In this document: positions 60,782-64,000 of the stretch, in pieces
Position numbering within the stretch: the stretch's first letter is position 1
How the letters are laid out: each line of letters begins with the position of its first letter
Source: an uncultured Acidimicrobiales bacterium
GTDB taxonomy: Bacteria; Actinomycetota; Acidimicrobiia; Acidimicrobiales; VFJN01
Direction of reading: 5' to 3'
DNA: 64,000 nucleotides
Assembly (NCBI GenBank): GCA_963739835.1
Contig: CAVUBW010000016.1
Span: 30,285-94,284 of the forward strand
Notes under the pieces: generated by a model
Seen by the model: only the letters and a program-made list of their open reading frames with translations
What the model was told of the DNA's origin: nothing
Database searches by the model: none
Made by a program: the position numbers and the translations under genes

Positions 60782-61818
60782 TCACCCGGGCGGCGGCGGG
60801 GCCGCGACGGGGGGCGTCGCCCACGAGTGGAGGGTGCGCACGTAGTTGGCGCGCTCGAACGCGGCCGGGTTGTCGCTCGTGGCGCGGCTGACGCTGCCGC
60901 GCAGCTCGGCCACCGACTCGTAGTCGTGTTCGGCCATCCAGCCGAGCAGCTCGGCCTCGACGGTGGCGAGGTGCTCCGGCCCGTGGCGCAGCACCGCCGA
61001 GGTCGTCATCGCCACGTCGGCGCCGACCAGCAGGGCCTTGACCACGTCGCCGCCGGAGTGCACGCCGGACGTGGCCGCCAGCGAGACGCCGGGGCCGAGG
61101 AGCGGGCGGAGGATGGCGATCCAGCGCAGCGGCAGCCGCAGCTCCCACGGCTGGCGACAGCTCGATCCGCGGCACGACGCTCGAGCGTCTCGAGGTCGAG
61201 GTCGGGCTGGTAGAAGCGGTTGAACAGCACCAGCCCGTCCGCGCCGGCCGCCGTGACCCGGCGAGCGAAGTTGGCCATCGCCGAGTAGTACGGGCCGAGC
61301 TTCACCGCCACCGGGACGTCGACGGCCGCCACGCACGTCGGCGACCAGGCGAGGTCGCTCGTCCTCGACGTCGGCGCGGTCCGCGTCGGGGTCGGCGGCC
61401 ACGCCGGTACAGGTTGAGCTCGATGGCGTCGGCGCCGGCGTCGGCGAGCAGCTCGGCGTAGCGGATCCACGCTCCGGCGCTGGTGGCGTTCAGGCTGGCG
61501 ATGACGGGGATGTCGAGCGCGTCCTTCAGCTCGCTGATCGTCGCCAGGTAGCGGTCGACGGATCGAGCCGACCGCCGGGAACGTCGGGGAAGTAGTCGAG
61601 GGCCTCGGCGAAGTGCTCGGTCCCGGCCTCGAGCGCGAAGGTCGAGCTCGATCTCCTCGTGGACGATCTCCTCCTCGAACAGCGACGGCAGCACGATCGC
61701 GCCGGCGCCCGACGCCGCCAGGCGGCGGGCCGTGTCGAGGTCGCCCGTCAGCGGGCCGGCCGAGGCGACGATCGGCGAGCGCAGGTCGAGGCCCGAGGTA
61801 GCTGGTGCGGAGATCGAG

Positions 61819-61822
<4 letters not shown>
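60782..61822 (-). CDS. Dihydroorotate dehydrogenase-like flavoprotein (frameshifted)
   Basis: [69 protein letters not shown]. Confidence 0.85.

Positions 61823-64000
<2,178 letters not shown>

Overview
Very GC-rich actinobacterial DNA, Acidimicrobiia-like by gene content (inference). Many genes are split by single-base indels that look like long-read consensus errors, so several CDS were rebuilt across frames. No rRNA, tRNA, CRISPR, integrase or transposase was seen. There are three blocks. (1) 0.3-15.9 kb: CsbD, a TetR regulator sharing an operator with a Liv-type ABC transporter and a divergent neutral-ceramidase-like gene, a NarL-type two-component system with a D,D-carboxypeptidase, a methyltransferase and a LysR unit. 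(2) About 16-40.5 kb: an apparent regulon marked by 14 copies of the palindrome TCATCC-N5-GGATGA and centred on two divergent MalT-like LuxR regulators. It holds SHOCT/SnoaL cassettes, a eukaryote-type protein arginine methyltransferase, a CtpH/I-like P-type ATPase, arylsulfatase, FGE, SulP and DUF2252/6325/7144/1269 genes. (3) 41.2-64 kb: the main candidate novel system, a lipid-synthesis cluster with DosR-like boxes. It runs PFOR, DHODH-like flavoprotein, acyl-CoA dehydrogenase, an iterative PKS/FAS (KS-AT-KS-4xACP-KR-DH, every ACP with Thr in place of the phosphopantetheine Ser), a single-chain acyl-CoA carboxylase and WS/DGAT, and faces a PPTase.
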